DNA of 60,476 nucleotides from Bryobacteraceae bacterium (GTDB lineage Bacteria; Acidobacteriota; Terriglobia; Bryobacterales; Bryobacteraceae): assembly GCA_041685075.1 (NCBI GenBank), contig JAWLGN010000001.1, forward strand, positions 1 to 60,476, in the 5' to 3' direction. The notes below the pieces were generated by a model. The model worked only from the letters and a program-made list of their open reading frames with translations. It was not told the origin of the DNA and made no database searches. The first letter of the stretch is position 1. Each line of letters begins with the position of its first letter. A program made the position numbers and the translations under genes. Below, in pieces: positions 17,686 through 28,300 of this stretch.

Positions 17686-19329
17686 ATGACGGTTGCGCCA
17701 CAATCCGGTCCCGGTCAAGCCGCGCGGGATCGTGCGCCCGCGGAAAGGCGCCTCCGTCTGGGTCTGGCCGCCAAGCTCGCCATCTGTCTGGTGGCGAGCA
17801 CGGCGGCCTTTTTCGCGCTGTTCGGCTATCTGATCATCCGGGAGCAGCGGGCCCACTCCGAAGAACTGATCCTGCACGAAGCCGAGCGCGTCAGCGACGT
17901 GATCCTCCGCAGCACCCGCTACGAGATGCTGCACAACGACCGCGACGCTCTCTACAACACCATCCGGGAGATCGGCGCCGAGCCGGGCATCCGCAGCATC
18001 CGCATTCTGAATAAAGAAGGGCGCATCACCTACTCGAGCGACGCCGCCGAGGTCGATACCCTGGTAGACCGCCGCATCGAGGCCTGCTACGGCTGCCACG
18101 CGCAGTCGGAGCCGCTCGAGCGGCTGCCCCGGCCCGACCGCGCGCGCATCTACCGCGACGCACAGGGCGAGCGCGTGCTGGGCGTCATCCGCCCCATCGA
18201 GAACCAGCCCGTCTGTTCGAACGCCGCCTGCCACGCGCATCCGCCGGACCGGCGCGTGCTGGGTGTCATCGACGCCAATGTCTCGCTGGCCGGCGTCGAC
18301 CGCCAGATCTCTGAGTTTCAAACTCACCTGGTGTGGGTCGTGGTGGCGGCGGTGCTGCTGATTTCGATCGTCAGCGCGGCCTTCATCTGGGGCTTCGTCT
18401 ACAGGCCCGTAAAGGAATTGATGGACGGCACCCGGCGCGTGGCCGGCGGCGATCTGGACTACCGGCTGCCGGTGCACTCCTCCGATGAGTTGGGCGACCT
18501 GGCCGCCTCCTTCAACAAGATGACCGAGGAGGTGGCCGGCGTGCAGGCCGAGATCGAGGAGCGCGTGCGCATTAAGACCGCCGAGGTCGAGCGCGCCCAC
18601 AAGGCCGTGCTCAACAGCGAGAAGCTGGCCTCCATCGGGAAGCTCGCCGCCACCGTGGCGCACGAGATCAATAACCCGCTGTTCGGCATCCTCACCTACG
18701 CGCGGCTCATCCAGCGCGACGTGGAGCGCAGCGATCTCCCGGACAAGGAAGAGGTGGCCGAGCAACTCCGCACCATCGAGCGTGAAAGCCGCCGTTGCGG
18801 CGACCTGGTGAAGAACCTCTTGACCTTCGCGCGCCAGGCTCCCAGCCACCGCGAGGCCACCAACCCCCGCACCCTGGTGGAACGCGCCATTACGCTGGTG
18901 CGCCACAAGCTGGAGCTGCAGAGCATCGAGCTGGCCGAGAGCTATCCCGACGACGTGCCTCCGGTGATGTGCGACGGCGCCCAGATTCAGCAAGTGGTGC
19001 TGGTGCTGCTGGTGAACGCGGCCGATGCCATGCCGCAGGGCGGCCGCCTGGAGGTGGCCATCGAAATCGATCCCAGCGGCGACTGTGTGTTGATTCGCGT
19101 CCGCGATACCGGCATGGGAATCCCCGCCGAGGTGCTGCCCCAGATCTTCGATCCGTTCTTCACGACCAAGGAGGACCAGCAGCGTACCGGGCTGGGCCTG
19201 GCCGTGGCACGGAGCATCGTCGAGCAGCACGGCGGCGACATCGCCGCGCGCTCCACGCCCGGCGAAGGTACCGAGTTTGTAATCTCCCTGCCGGTGGCGG
19301 TGCTGGCCGCCGCCGGGGTGGTGAAGTGA
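17686..19329 (+). CDS. sensor histidine kinase with periplasmic CXXCH-containing domain, HAMP, HisKA, HATPase_c
   Basis: TM1 (LAICLVASTAAFFALFGYLII), a periplasmic loop of about 180 aa containing CYGCH and CSNAACH, TM2, HAMP, H-box VAHEINNPL, N/G boxes (LLVNAADAM, DTGMGI, GLGLAV). Confidence 0.9.
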   Translation: MTVAPQSGPGQAARDRAPAERRLRLGLAAKLAICLVASTAAFFALFGYLIIREQRAHSEELILHEAERVSDVILRSTRYEMLHNDRDALYNTIREIGAEPGIRSIRILNKEGRITYSSDAAEVDTLVDRRIEACYGCHAQSEPLERLPRPDRARIYRDAQGERVLGVIRPIENQPVCSNAACHAHPPDRRVLGVIDANVSLAGVDRQISEFQTHLVWVVVAAVLLISIVSAAFIWGFVYRPVKELMDGTRRVAGGDLDYRLPVHSSDELGDLAASFNKMTEEVAGVQAEIEERVRIKTAEVERAHKAVLNSEKLASIGKLAATVAHEINNPLFGILTYARLIQRDVERSDLPDKEEVAEQLRTIERESRRCGDLVKNLLTFARQAPSHREATNPRTLVERAITLVRHKLELQSIELAESYPDDVPPVMCDGAQIQQVVLVLLVNAADAMPQGGRLEVAIEIDPSGDCVLIRVRDTGMGIPAEVLPQIFDPFFTTKEDQQRTGLGLAVARSIVEQHGGDIAARSTPGEGTEFVISLPVAVLAAAGVVK

Positions 19330-19378
19330 ATGGAATGCGGCGCCCGGTGCGCCGCCGTGTGTGAGAAGGAGGTTTGAG

Positions 19379-20737
19379 GTGAGTGCAAATCCGCAGGCAG
19401 CCGTAAGGAGCAGGGGACGGATCCTGATCGTCGACGACGAGTTGGTGGTCCGCGATTCGCTGGGCAAGTGGTTCGCCAGCGAGGGCTACCAGGCCATGCC
19501 CGTCGCCGGCGCCCGCGAGGCCCTGGAGGCCATCCAGCAGCTCGAATACGATATTGCCCTGATCGATATCAAGATGCCCGGCATGGATGGGATGGAACTG
19601 CAGAGCCGGCTGCGCGAGGCCGACCCCGACCTCACCGTCATCATCATGACCGGCTACGCCAGCGTGGAGACGGCCGTGCAGGCGCTCAAGCGCGGCGCCT
19701 ACGACTACATCACCAAGCCCGTGGACCCGGACGAGCTGTCGCACCTGGTGGGCAAGGCGCTCGAACACCGCCGCGCCCGCCGCGAGGTGGCCCGGCTGCG
19801 CGAGAACCTGCAGGAGATCTTCCCCTCCACCGAACTCATCGGCAAGAGCGCCGCCATGAAGAAAGTGCAGGAGCTGATCGAGATGGTGGCCCCCACCGAC
19901 GCCACCGTGCTCATCACCGGGGAGAGCGGCACCGGGAAGGAAGTGGTGGCGCGCGCCATTCACGCCGCCAGCCCCCGCCGCTACATGCCCATGGTGACCA
20001 TCCATTGCGGCGCCCTTACGGAAACGCTGCTGGAAAGCGAGTTGTTCGGCCACGAGCGCGGCGCTTTCACCGGCGCGCAGTACCGCAAGAAGGGCAAGTT
20101 CGAGGTGGCCGACGGCGGCACCGTCTTCCTGGACGAGATCAGCGACATCAGCCTGAAGACCCAGAGCGACCTGCTGCGGGTGCTCCAGGAGAAGGAAATC
20201 GTGCGGGTAGGCGGCAACCAGCCCATCAAGGTGGACTTCCGCTGCATCGCGGCCACCAACAAGAACCTGGAGGGGCTGGTGAAGGGCGGCACCTTCCGCC
20301 CGGACCTCTACTACCGGCTGCACGTCTTCTGCATCGACCTGCCGCCGCTGCGCGACCGCCGCGAAGATATCCCGCTGCTGGTGAACCACTTCCTCAACAA
20401 GTTCTGCATGGCCACCAGCCGGCCCATCCCGCAGGTGAGCCAGGACGCCATGGAGCTGCTCATGAGCCACGAGTGGCCCGGCAACGTTCGGGAGCTGGAG
20501 AACGCCGTGGAGCGCGCCCTGGTGGTGGGCCGCGGCCAGGAAATCAAGGCTGCCGATTTCTCGTTCCGCTTCCAGGCCGAACCGATGCCCGCCGGCCGCA
20601 CCCTCAGCGACGTCGAGCGCGCCCACATCGAACGCATCCTGCGGGAGACCGACAACAACCTGTCGAAGGCGGCGCGCATTCTCGACATCGACCGGACCAC
20701 GTTGTATAACAAACTGCGGCGCTACGGTCTGCGGTGA
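19379..20737 (+). CDS. sigma-54-dependent response regulator (NtrC family: REC + AAA+ + Fis-type HTH)
   Basis: REC domain (ILIVDDE...DIKMPGMDG), Walker A GESGTGKE, sigma-54 contact loop ERGAFTGA, C-terminal HTH (NLSKAARILDIDRTTLYNKL). A GTG at 19379 with AAGGAGG 6 nt upstream is the likely start. The track ORF starts at 19361. Confidence 0.9.
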   Translation: MSANPQAAVRSRGRILIVDDELVVRDSLGKWFASEGYQAMPVAGAREALEAIQQLEYDIALIDIKMPGMDGMELQSRLREADPDLTVIIMTGYASVETAVQALKRGAYDYITKPVDPDELSHLVGKALEHRRARREVARLRENLQEIFPSTELIGKSAAMKKVQELIEMVAPTDATVLITGESGTGKEVVARAIHAASPRRYMPMVTIHCGALTETLLESELFGHERGAFTGAQYRKKGKFEVADGGTVFLDEISDISLKTQSDLLRVLQEKEIVRVGGNQPIKVDFRCIAATNKNLEGLVKGGTFRPDLYYRLHVFCIDLPPLRDRREDIPLLVNHFLNKFCMATSRPIPQVSQDAMELLMSHEWPGNVRELENAVERALVVGRGQEIKAADFSFRFQAEPMPAGRTLSDVERAHIERILRETDNNLSKAARILDIDRTTLYNKLRRYGLR

Positions 20738-21303
20738 GGGCCATCCGGCTGGCGACAGTGGGGCCGGCCGGCGGCCACGCCCCTCCGGCGATGGTGGACG
20801 CGCTCGAGCGCGAGCTGCGCCGCATCTTCCGCCTCCCCTGCGAGCGCCACCCAGGTTCAATCGACGTGGAGGCGGCGTGGAACCCCGGACGCGGCCAGTA
20901 CTACTCCACGGAAATTCTCAGCCGGCTGGTCGAAGCCGCCCCCGCCGACGTGCGGATGCTGGGGGTGACCGGGCTGGACCTCTACGTCCCGGTGTTGACC
21001 TTCGTTTTCGGCGAAGCGCAACTGGAGGGCAACTGCGCGCTGGTATCGTTTCACCGCCTGCGCGAGGAGTTCTACGGACTGCCGCCGAACGAGAGGCTGC
21101 TGGCGGAAAGGCTCGTCAAGGAAGCGGTTCACGAACTGGGCCACACCTTCGGGCTGCGCCACTGCGACAACTGGCGCTGCGTGATGGCATCGAGCCACGG
21201 CGTCGAACTGCTGGATGTAAAAGGCGCCGAGTTCTGCCCCGCCTGCGCGCGGGTGGTGAGGGGGGAGGGCGTCGGCCCGCGCGGGGCTTTCCACTCCAAG
21301 TGA
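20734..21303 (+). CDS. archaemetzincin-family zinc metalloprotease
   Basis: Signature HELGHTFGLRHCDNWRCVM...CPAC (HExxHxxGx3Cx4CxM...CxxC). GTGA start/stop overlap with the response regulator gene. Confidence 0.85.
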   Translation: MRAIRLATVGPAGGHAPPAMVDALERELRRIFRLPCERHPGSIDVEAAWNPGRGQYYSTEILSRLVEAAPADVRMLGVTGLDLYVPVLTFVFGEAQLEGNCALVSFHRLREEFYGLPPNERLLAERLVKEAVHELGHTFGLRHCDNWRCVMASSHGVELLDVKGAEFCPACARVVRGEGVGPRGAFHSK

Positions 21304-21358
21304 CAGCAGTTCGGCCCCTGAATCCGCTCTGCTATCATGAGAACAAAGCTCCAGGAAC

Positions 21359-22471
21359 ATGATCGTGCAGGCAAACTCGGTGCGCTTTCCGTCGCTCGAT
21401 CTGGACAATGGTGCGCGGCTGGCGCCCGTGGATGTGGCCTATACCACCTACGGTACGCTCAACCAGGCGCGGTCCAACGCCATTCTCATACTACATGCGT
21501 TCTCGGGCGATGCCCACGTGGCCGGCATTAGTCCCCAGACCGGAAAACCCGGCTGGTGGGATAACATGGTGGGGCCCGGGAAGGCTTTCGATACGAACAA
21601 GTACTTCATCATCTGCTCGAACGTGCTGGGCGGATGCAGCGGCACCACCGGCCCGTCTTCCAACAACCCGGAAACCGGCTGCCCCTACGCCATGTCCTTC
21701 CCGGTGATCACCATCCGGGACATGGTGCGGCTGCAGAAGATGCTTATCGATCACCTGGGCATTCCGCGCCTGCTCTCGGTCGCCGGCGGCTCGATGGGCG
21801 GCATGCAGGCGCTCCAATGGGCCGCCGATTACCCGGAAGCGGTGGTTTCGGCCATCCCGATCGCCGCCACCGCGCGGCACTCCGCGCAGCAGATCGCCTT
21901 TAACGAGGTGGGCCGCCAGGCGATCATGTCCGATCCGGACTGGAACGGCGGCAACTACTACGGCGGCAAGCTCCCGGCGCGCGGTCTCGCGGTGGCCCGC
22001 ATGGTCGGCCACATCACCTACATGAGCGACGACTCCATGCGGGAGAAGTTCGGCCGCCGCCTCCGCGGGCGCGAAAATTTCGGCTTCGGCTTCGATATCG
22101 ATTTCGAGGTGGAGAGCTACCTGCGCTATCGCGGCAGCGAGTTCGTCAACCGCTTCGACGCCAACTCCTACCTCTACATTACGAAAGCCATGGACTACTT
22201 CGACCTCACCAACGGCTCGCAGTCGCTGGTGGCGGCGCTTGAGAAGGTCACTTCGCGGTTCCTGGTGATCAGCTTCACTTCAGACTGGCTATATCCCAGC
22301 TATCAATCGCAGGAGATCGTGCGCGCGCTGCGCGCCCGCGCGGTGGACGTGGCCTACTGCGAACTGACGTCCAACTACGGGCACGACGCCTTCCTGGTGG
22401 ATGTCGCCGAGCAGACCGACCTGATCCGTGGCTTCCTGGCCAGTACTTATCGCGAAAGGTGTCACGCGTGA
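21359..22471 (+). CDS. metX: homoserine O-acetyltransferase
   Basis: 370 aa, alpha/beta hydrolase with the [12 protein letters not shown] nucleophile elbow and typical MetX N-terminus. Followed by metW. Confidence 0.9.
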   Translation: MIVQANSVRFPSLDLDNGARLAPVDVAYTTYGTLNQARSNAILILHAFSGDAHVAGISPQTGKPGWWDNMVGPGKAFDTNKYFIICSNVLGGCSGTTGPSSNNPETGCPYAMSFPVITIRDMVRLQKMLIDHLGIPRLLSVAGGSMGGMQALQWAADYPEAVVSAIPIAATARHSAQQIAFNEVGRQAIMSDPDWNGGNYYGGKLPARGLAVARMVGHITYMSDDSMREKFGRRLRGRENFGFGFDIDFEVESYLRYRGSEFVNRFDANSYLYITKAMDYFDLTNGSQSLVAALEKVTSRFLVISFTSDWLYPSYQSQEIVRALRARAVDVAYCELTSNYGHDAFLVDVAEQTDLIRGFLASTYRERCHA

Positions 22472-23097
22472 CCACAGCCGCTCAGACCAGGCGCGCGCCG
22501 TTCGTGCGCGAACTGTTGGGGCGCAGCGACTACGCCATCATCTCGGAGATCGTCGAGCCCGGCGCCCGCGTCCTGGACCTGGGCTGCGGGGAAGGGGAAC
22601 TGCTGGCCTGGCTGGTCGAAAACAAAGGGGTGGAAGCGCGCGGGGTGGAGATTTCGGGCGCCCGCGTGCAGCGCGCCATCGCCCGGGGCGTCTCGGTCTA
22701 CCAGGGCGACATCGAGGAGAGCCTGGCGGATTACCCCGACCAGTCCTTCGATTACGTCATTCTGAGCCAGACGCTGCAGGAGACCCTCCGCCCGCGGCGC
22801 GTCATCCGGGAGATCCTGCGGGTGGGCCGCCGCGCCATCGTGGCCTTCCCGAACTTCGCCCACTGGTCCATGCGGCTTTCCATGCTGCGCACGGGCCAGG
22901 CGCCCAAAACCCGCCTGTTCCCATACGAGTGGTACGATTCCCCCAATATCCACTTCGTCACGGTGCACGATTTCGAAGGTTTGATCCACATGGACCACTT
23001 CGTCATCGAGCGCCGCTACTTCCTTGCCGGCGCCCGGAAAGTGACCTTCATGCCCAACCTGTTCGCCGAAGTGGCCGTCTACCTGGTGCGCAAGTAG
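22459..23097 (+). CDS. metW: methionine biosynthesis protein MetW
   Basis: 212 aa with [16 protein letters not shown] and FPNFAHW...[13 protein letters not shown] segments typical of MetW. Overlaps the metX end. Confidence 0.9.
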   Translation: MSRVTTAAQTRRAPFVRELLGRSDYAIISEIVEPGARVLDLGCGEGELLAWLVENKGVEARGVEISGARVQRAIARGVSVYQGDIEESLADYPDQSFDYVILSQTLQETLRPRRVIREILRVGRRAIVAFPNFAHWSMRLSMLRTGQAPKTRLFPYEWYDSPNIHFVTVHDFEGLIHMDHFVIERRYFLAGARKVTFMPNLFAEVAVYLVRK

Positions 23098-23201
23098 CGC
23101 CGGGCCGCCGCAATTCTTTCATTCTGAACGCAACCCTCCGCCCAGGCGGCGCCGCCGGACTATACTGGCTACATCAAGATGAACGGACAAGGGTGGCTAT
23201 T

Positions 23202-24536
23202 ATGACTGGCACGAGCCGAACGGTGTCTCGCAGGCGCTTTCTGGCCGCCGCCCCCGCGGCGAGCCTCGCCCCGGCCGCATTCGCGGCCTCCAACGACAAA
23301 CCCGCCCTGCTGGGAGGCAGCAAGGTCCGCAGCGCCCCATTCCCCTCGTGGCCGGTGTTGGACCAGACCGAGGAAAAGGCTCTCCTCGAGGTGCTGCGCA
23401 GCCGGCACTGGGGCCGCGGCAACGGCAAAGTGGTGGCGCGGTTCGAGGAGCAGTACGCCGCCCTGACCGGCGCCAAGGCGTGCCTGGCCACGGCTAACGG
23501 CACCAGCGCGCTGCTCACATCGCTGGGAGCGCTGGGCGTGGGCGCGGGCGACGAGGTGATCATCCCGCCCTACACCTTCGTCGCCACCGTCAACGTGGTG
23601 CTGGCGATGAACGCCCTGCCGGTCTTTGTCGATACCGACGTCGAGACCTTCCAGATCGATCACCGCAAGATCGAAGCCGCCATCACGGACCGCACCGCTG
23701 CCATCATCCCGGTACACCTGGGCGGCGCGGCGGCGGAGATGGACGCCATCATGGCGCTGGCCAACCGGCGCAAGATCCCCGTCATCGAGGACGCCTGCCA
23801 GGCGCACCTCGGCGAGTGGCGCGGCCGCAAGGTGGGGAGCATCGGGGCTACCGGGTGCTTCAGCTTCCAGGCTTCGAAAAACCTCAACTCCGGCGAAGGC
23901 GGGGCTGTGCTCTCCAGCGATCCGGATCTGATCGAAAAATGCTTCGCCTATCACAACAACAGCCGCGGGCGCCGCACCTCGGGCTATGATTTCTCCTACG
24001 TTTCACGCGGCCTCAACCTGCGGATGACCGAGTTCCAGGGCGCCATGCTGCTGGCCCAGATGACGCGCCTCGAACGGCAGTCCAAAACGCGCGAGCAGAA
24101 CGCGGCCTACCTTTCCGGCATGCTGCGCGAGATCCCGGGCATCCAGCCCGCGCGCCTGTACGAGGGCTGCACGCGCAACGCCTACCACCTCTACATGTTC
24201 CGCTACGATGCGGAGAAGTTCGCCGGTCTGCCGCGCGCGAAGTTCCTCAAGGCGCTGGCGGCGGAAGGCATCCCCGCTTCCGGCGGCTACTCGCAGTTGA
24301 ACAAGGAGCCCTTCCTGAAGAACACCATCCAGTCGAAGGGCTATCAGCGCATCTTCCCGAAGGAGCGGCTGTCCCGCTGGGAGGAGCAGAACGAGTGCCC
24401 GCAAAACGCACGCCTCTGCGGTGAAGCCGTCTGGCTGACCCAGAACATGCTGCTGGGACCGCGCGGCGATATGGACCAGGTTGCCGCGGCCGTGCGGAAG
24501 ATCCACAGCCACGCCGCGGAACTCGCGCGGGCATAG
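23202..24536 (+). CDS. DegT/DnrJ/EryC1/StrS-family PLP-dependent aminotransferase with twin-arginine signal
   Basis: ATG at 23202 within the 702-aa track ORF. Tat motif [20 protein letters not shown]. The family core is [26 protein letters not shown] (PLP lysine region). Confidence 0.8.
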   Translation: MTGTSRTVSRRRFLAAAPAASLAPAAFAASNDKPALLGGSKVRSAPFPSWPVLDQTEEKALLEVLRSRHWGRGNGKVVARFEEQYAALTGAKACLATANGTSALLTSLGALGVGAGDEVIIPPYTFVATVNVVLAMNALPVFVDTDVETFQIDHRKIEAAITDRTAAIIPVHLGGAAAEMDAIMALANRRKIPVIEDACQAHLGEWRGRKVGSIGATGCFSFQASKNLNSGEGGAVLSSDPDLIEKCFAYHNNSRGRRTSGYDFSYVSRGLNLRMTEFQGAMLLAQMTRLERQSKTREQNAAYLSGMLREIPGIQPARLYEGCTRNAYHLYMFRYDAEKFAGLPRAKFLKALAAEGIPASGGYSQLNKEPFLKNTIQSKGYQRIFPKERLSRWEEQNECPQNARLCGEAVWLTQNMLLGPRGDMDQVAAAVRKIHSHAAELARA

Positions 24537-25388
24537 GTGAGGCCGGTGCTTACGCGACCGGCGCTGCTCGTGGCGCTGGCCGCTGCACTCTCCGCCGCGG
24601 CGCCGCGCATTGCGGTGCACGGGCATCGCGGCGCCCGGGCGGTGCTGCCCGAAAATACGCTGCCTGCGTTCGAATACGCCATTCGGGCGGGCGTGGACGC
24701 GGTGGAACTCGACGTGGTCGCCACCCGGGACAACGTCCTGGTGGTATCGCACGACCAGGCCCTCAACCCGTCCATCTGCAAGGCGCCGGGGGGCAGCCGC
24801 CTGATTCGTGAACTCTCGCTCGAGCAGGTGCGGCGATGGGACTGCGGCTCCCTGCGGCATCCGCAGTTTCCAAAGCAGAGGCCCGTACCGGGAGCGCGCA
24901 TTCCCACTCTCGACCAGGTGCTGGCGCTCGCCGGCCAGGGCGATTTCCGGTTCACCATCGAACCGAAGAGCTTTCCCCGGCGGCCGCGGAACGCTCCGCC
25001 GCTGGGCGAGTTCGCGCGCCTGCTGGTGGATGCCGTACGCCGCCGCGGGCTGGAGGCGCGGGTCACGGTGATGTGTTCGGATCTGGCGCTGCTGCGCGCC
25101 GTGAAGCGTCTCGATCCGTCGCTGCGGCTGGCGGCCATCTGCACCCGCTGGCCCAACGAGTTCGTCGAGAAGTGCCGCCAGGCCGGCGCGCAGGTGGTGG
25201 CGCTGAATCAACGGCTCATCACCCCGGAGGTCGTGCGGACCGCCCACGATGCCGGTCTTACGGTCCTCTCCTGGACCAGCAACGAGCCCGCTGAATGGGA
25301 GCGCCTGATCGAAGCCGGGGTGGACGAGATCGGCAGCGACGATCCCGCCGCCCTGATCGACTTCCTCAAGTCTCGCGGGCTGCGTTGA
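24537..25388 (+). CDS. glycerophosphodiester phosphodiesterase (exported)
   Basis: GDPD motifs HGHRGARAVLPENTLPAF and VELDV. Signal-like N-terminus. GTG start directly after the previous stop. Confidence 0.85.
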   Translation: MRPVLTRPALLVALAAALSAAAPRIAVHGHRGARAVLPENTLPAFEYAIRAGVDAVELDVVATRDNVLVVSHDQALNPSICKAPGGSRLIRELSLEQVRRWDCGSLRHPQFPKQRPVPGARIPTLDQVLALAGQGDFRFTIEPKSFPRRPRNAPPLGEFARLLVDAVRRRGLEARVTVMCSDLALLRAVKRLDPSLRLAAICTRWPNEFVEKCRQAGAQVVALNQRLITPEVVRTAHDAGLTVLSWTSNEPAEWERLIEAGVDEIGSDDPAALIDFLKSRGLR

Positions 25389-25390
25389 CG

Positions 25391-28300
25391 TCAGGCCGCG
25401 CTGAGGATCGGCTGCGCGATCAACACGTCGGCCGGATCGATTTGCAGTTCGTCCGGGAAGCCGAGCGGCGGGAATGGCGCGCCGTCCCGCAGTACCCGGA
25501 CTTCCAGCCTCGCCGCCGGGCGCACAGCGCCTAAGGGCGAGTGTAGGGCGCGGGATACTTCCAGAAAGACCATCAACCCCAGGTTGCGCAGGAGTTGCGG
25601 TGCATCGGGAGCATCGAAGAGGCTGGTCAGGCGCTTGTTGAAGGTCTCCACGATGCGGGCACCAAAGCGGTCGAGCGCTTCGATGGCCTGCTCGTCGTTG
25701 CGAGACTGCCGGAAGCGCGCGATGCTAAGGCCGGCGTCGACCGCGCCTTTTATAACTTCAGCCTCCACGAACAACAGGCTGTCGCGCAACAGCATACGAC
25801 CCACGCCGGTGCTGCCCGCGAGCTTGACGTCGCTGAACTCGCCCGGAGAGTAGAAACCGGCGTGCGATTTCAGCCCAGGCGTGTTAGCGAGCAGCTCATG
25901 CGCTTCGTCCATGCGCAGCACGAGAGCGTTGTCGGTGAGGCGGTTGCCGATCATGAGGGTGAGGTCGCCTTCGGGACGCTCGTCGAGGAAGTTCCAGTAG
26001 TAGGACTTTCCGGTGTCGAACCGAACCTGGCCGTTTTCCACCTGCACGGAGTTAGCGGGCGGAAGCGAGCTGTAGAGCATCACCGCGCAAGCGGCCGCGT
26101 TCTGTCCCTTGTACCGATCGAGGTCCTGAAAGTAGACGTACGGCACCAGCCGCCGCAAGGCCTGCTGGATGTTTTTCGAGAGAGCGCGCCAGGCGGGGTC
26201 CTTCGAGTCGGCGGGCGCGTTCCACCATCCGGCCAGCACGCGGCCGGGCATGCTCACGTCGAGCGAGAGCAGGGCGTTCCCGATCAGGCCGGTGCCGTTG
26301 TTTTCCACGGCATCGGCGAGTTTATCCAGGTCCCACACCCACTCCGCCAGGGTTGCCTTCTCATCGCCGAACTCTCCCGGCAGATAGGTCTCGACGATGG
26401 GGCGCAACTGGCGCTCCAGTTGCACCGTGCGCAACGCCTTCCGTGCGATGTGGAAGCTGTAGGATATGGCCATCCCGTCCTCGAGTTCCTCCCGGTCCGC
26501 GAAGCGGTGCACGCCCTGCCGAGCGGCGGCGGGAATGTCCATCATGAGCGCCAGGCGGCCCGCCCAGCGACCCCGGCGGAAGATCTCGTTGGAGCTGTCC
26601 AGGGTGATGCGGCTGCCCTCGGCCCGCACCTCGAACGCGGCCAGCGATTGGGTGATGCTGCCGGTGTCGCTGCGGAAGTAGGGAAGGTTGATCTCCACCG
26701 AGGACCGGCGGGTGATCCCGTGGGTGAGGCGGCCTTCGTGCAGGGTGACGCCGTCGATGGGGCGGGTGAAGAGACCGTCGCTGGCGAAGTCGCCCGCGAT
26801 GGCGTTGCGGAGTACCGGTCCGAGGTCGGGGTTGCGGCCAAAATCGAAACTTACGTCCACCAGCGCCTCCTTGGGCGTGGCGCTCTGGTAGTTGTAGAGG
26901 AAGCTGGCCTCGTAGCGCCGGCTGCCGGCTTCGCGAATGGCTGCGTAAATGTCGTCCGCCTTCGCCAGAACGGCGCGCAAGGCGGCGCGAAGTTCCTCGA
27001 GCGAACTGCGGTCGATCACGCGCCCCAGAAACGCGCTAAGCCGCTCCTTCAGGCGCTTATCGAGTTCGTCGAAATCCGTTTCCAGGATTTGCCGGATACC
27101 GAACCGCTCGACGGCGTAGTCGACCAGCTCATTCAGCACCTTGCCATCCAGGATGTCGAGAGCGTTTTGCGCGGCGCCCCGGATGCGCTCGATATCGGCG
27201 ATGCGATCGATGGCGGCCAGCGCGTTCATGGGGGTTACGGCTTCCAGGAAGCCGCGGGCCGGGCCCGGAACGGCTTCGGCCCTCGCAAGCACGCCTCGGA
27301 TGATGGTCCGGATGGCTTCGGCATCGCCTGCCGCCAGAGCCCGCAGGGTGGGTTCGAGTTCTGCCAGTTCCTCCCGGCGGCCGATCAGGGACCACAGCAG
27401 GGTGGCCGCGCGGTGCCCGAGTTGCGGACTGGTCCATCGGTCGAGAAACTCCAGGATTTTCGCCTGCGCCCTGCCGTAGGCCTCCTGCGGGCTGCTCCGG
27501 AACGTCTCGGCGAACTGCTTCTTGGCCAGTTCGACGAGGAAATCCCCGGCCAGCGTGTTCAGGGGCGTCTGCGGATCGGTCCAGCGGCGGATTTCGCCCA
27601 GGTACTCGACAATCTGCGCCCCGTGAACCCCGAGTATGGCGGATAGGAATTCCTCCATGCTCTCCGGCAGCAGGCCGTCTGTCCTGGGCTCGAGGCCGGC
27701 AGCGGCGTGCAAGGCGAAGTTCCAGCCCTTCTTGGCGAGCTTGTGCAGCCGCAGGCGAACGACCCGGGTATTGGGGTCGAGGGACTCGCGGGAGACCATC
27801 AGGGCGTACTTCCCGGCGGCTTCGAATCCCAGAGTGGCCTCCACGGCGGCCTGGATGCGCAGCCCCAGGACGCCGGAAAGCTCGTTCAGCCGCGTGGCGC
27901 GAACCCAACTGTAGTCCAGCCCCACGGTGGCGCCCAGGCTGGCCTTGAAGCCGCCATCCACCTCGGCCACGATCCAGGTTCCGGCAGGGATATCCGCCGG
28001 GCCGCCAATCCGGGAGGGCAAAGTCCACGCGTCGATCAGGCCCTGCACGCCGTCCCTGGCGTTGGGATCAGTCTCAAAACGCCGGATCGTGATGAACTTG
28101 CCGGCGCTGGATCCCTCCATGCCGAACTTCACGGCCACGTGCCCGAGCGCCAGGGCGCCGGCGGCTGCGCCGTTAACATCATAGTGCCATCGGAGAGCCA
28201 GGTAACGGTCCGTGCCGGAGTCGGGGAAGGCGATGGCGTTGTTGACGATGCCGTCTTCGCTCCCGACATCTTCCACCAGGTCGGCGGAGGTGGAGTACAC

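Noticed and set aside
17308-20860. Minus-strand ORFs of 719 aa and 566 aa antisense to the kinase and regulator genes
   Set aside because: The plus-strand frames carry complete HisKA/HATPase and REC/AAA+/HTH motif sets. The antisense translations are G/A/R/H-rich junk.
21304-21358. SAM or other riboswitch upstream of metX
   Set aside because: The 55-nt spacer is too short for any known SAM riboswitch and shows no conserved stems.
22428-24536. 702-aa ORF as a single large protein
   Set aside because: The 5' 258 codons are an off-frame read-through of metW (R/P/G-rich). The real gene starts at the Tat-signal ATG 23202.
25595-27646. 683-aa plus-strand ORF inside the large orphan gene
   Set aside because: Its composition (G/A/V/R/H/E runs) is shadow-ORF-like. 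The minus-strand frame is continuous for 3.2 kb with an SD-preceded start.
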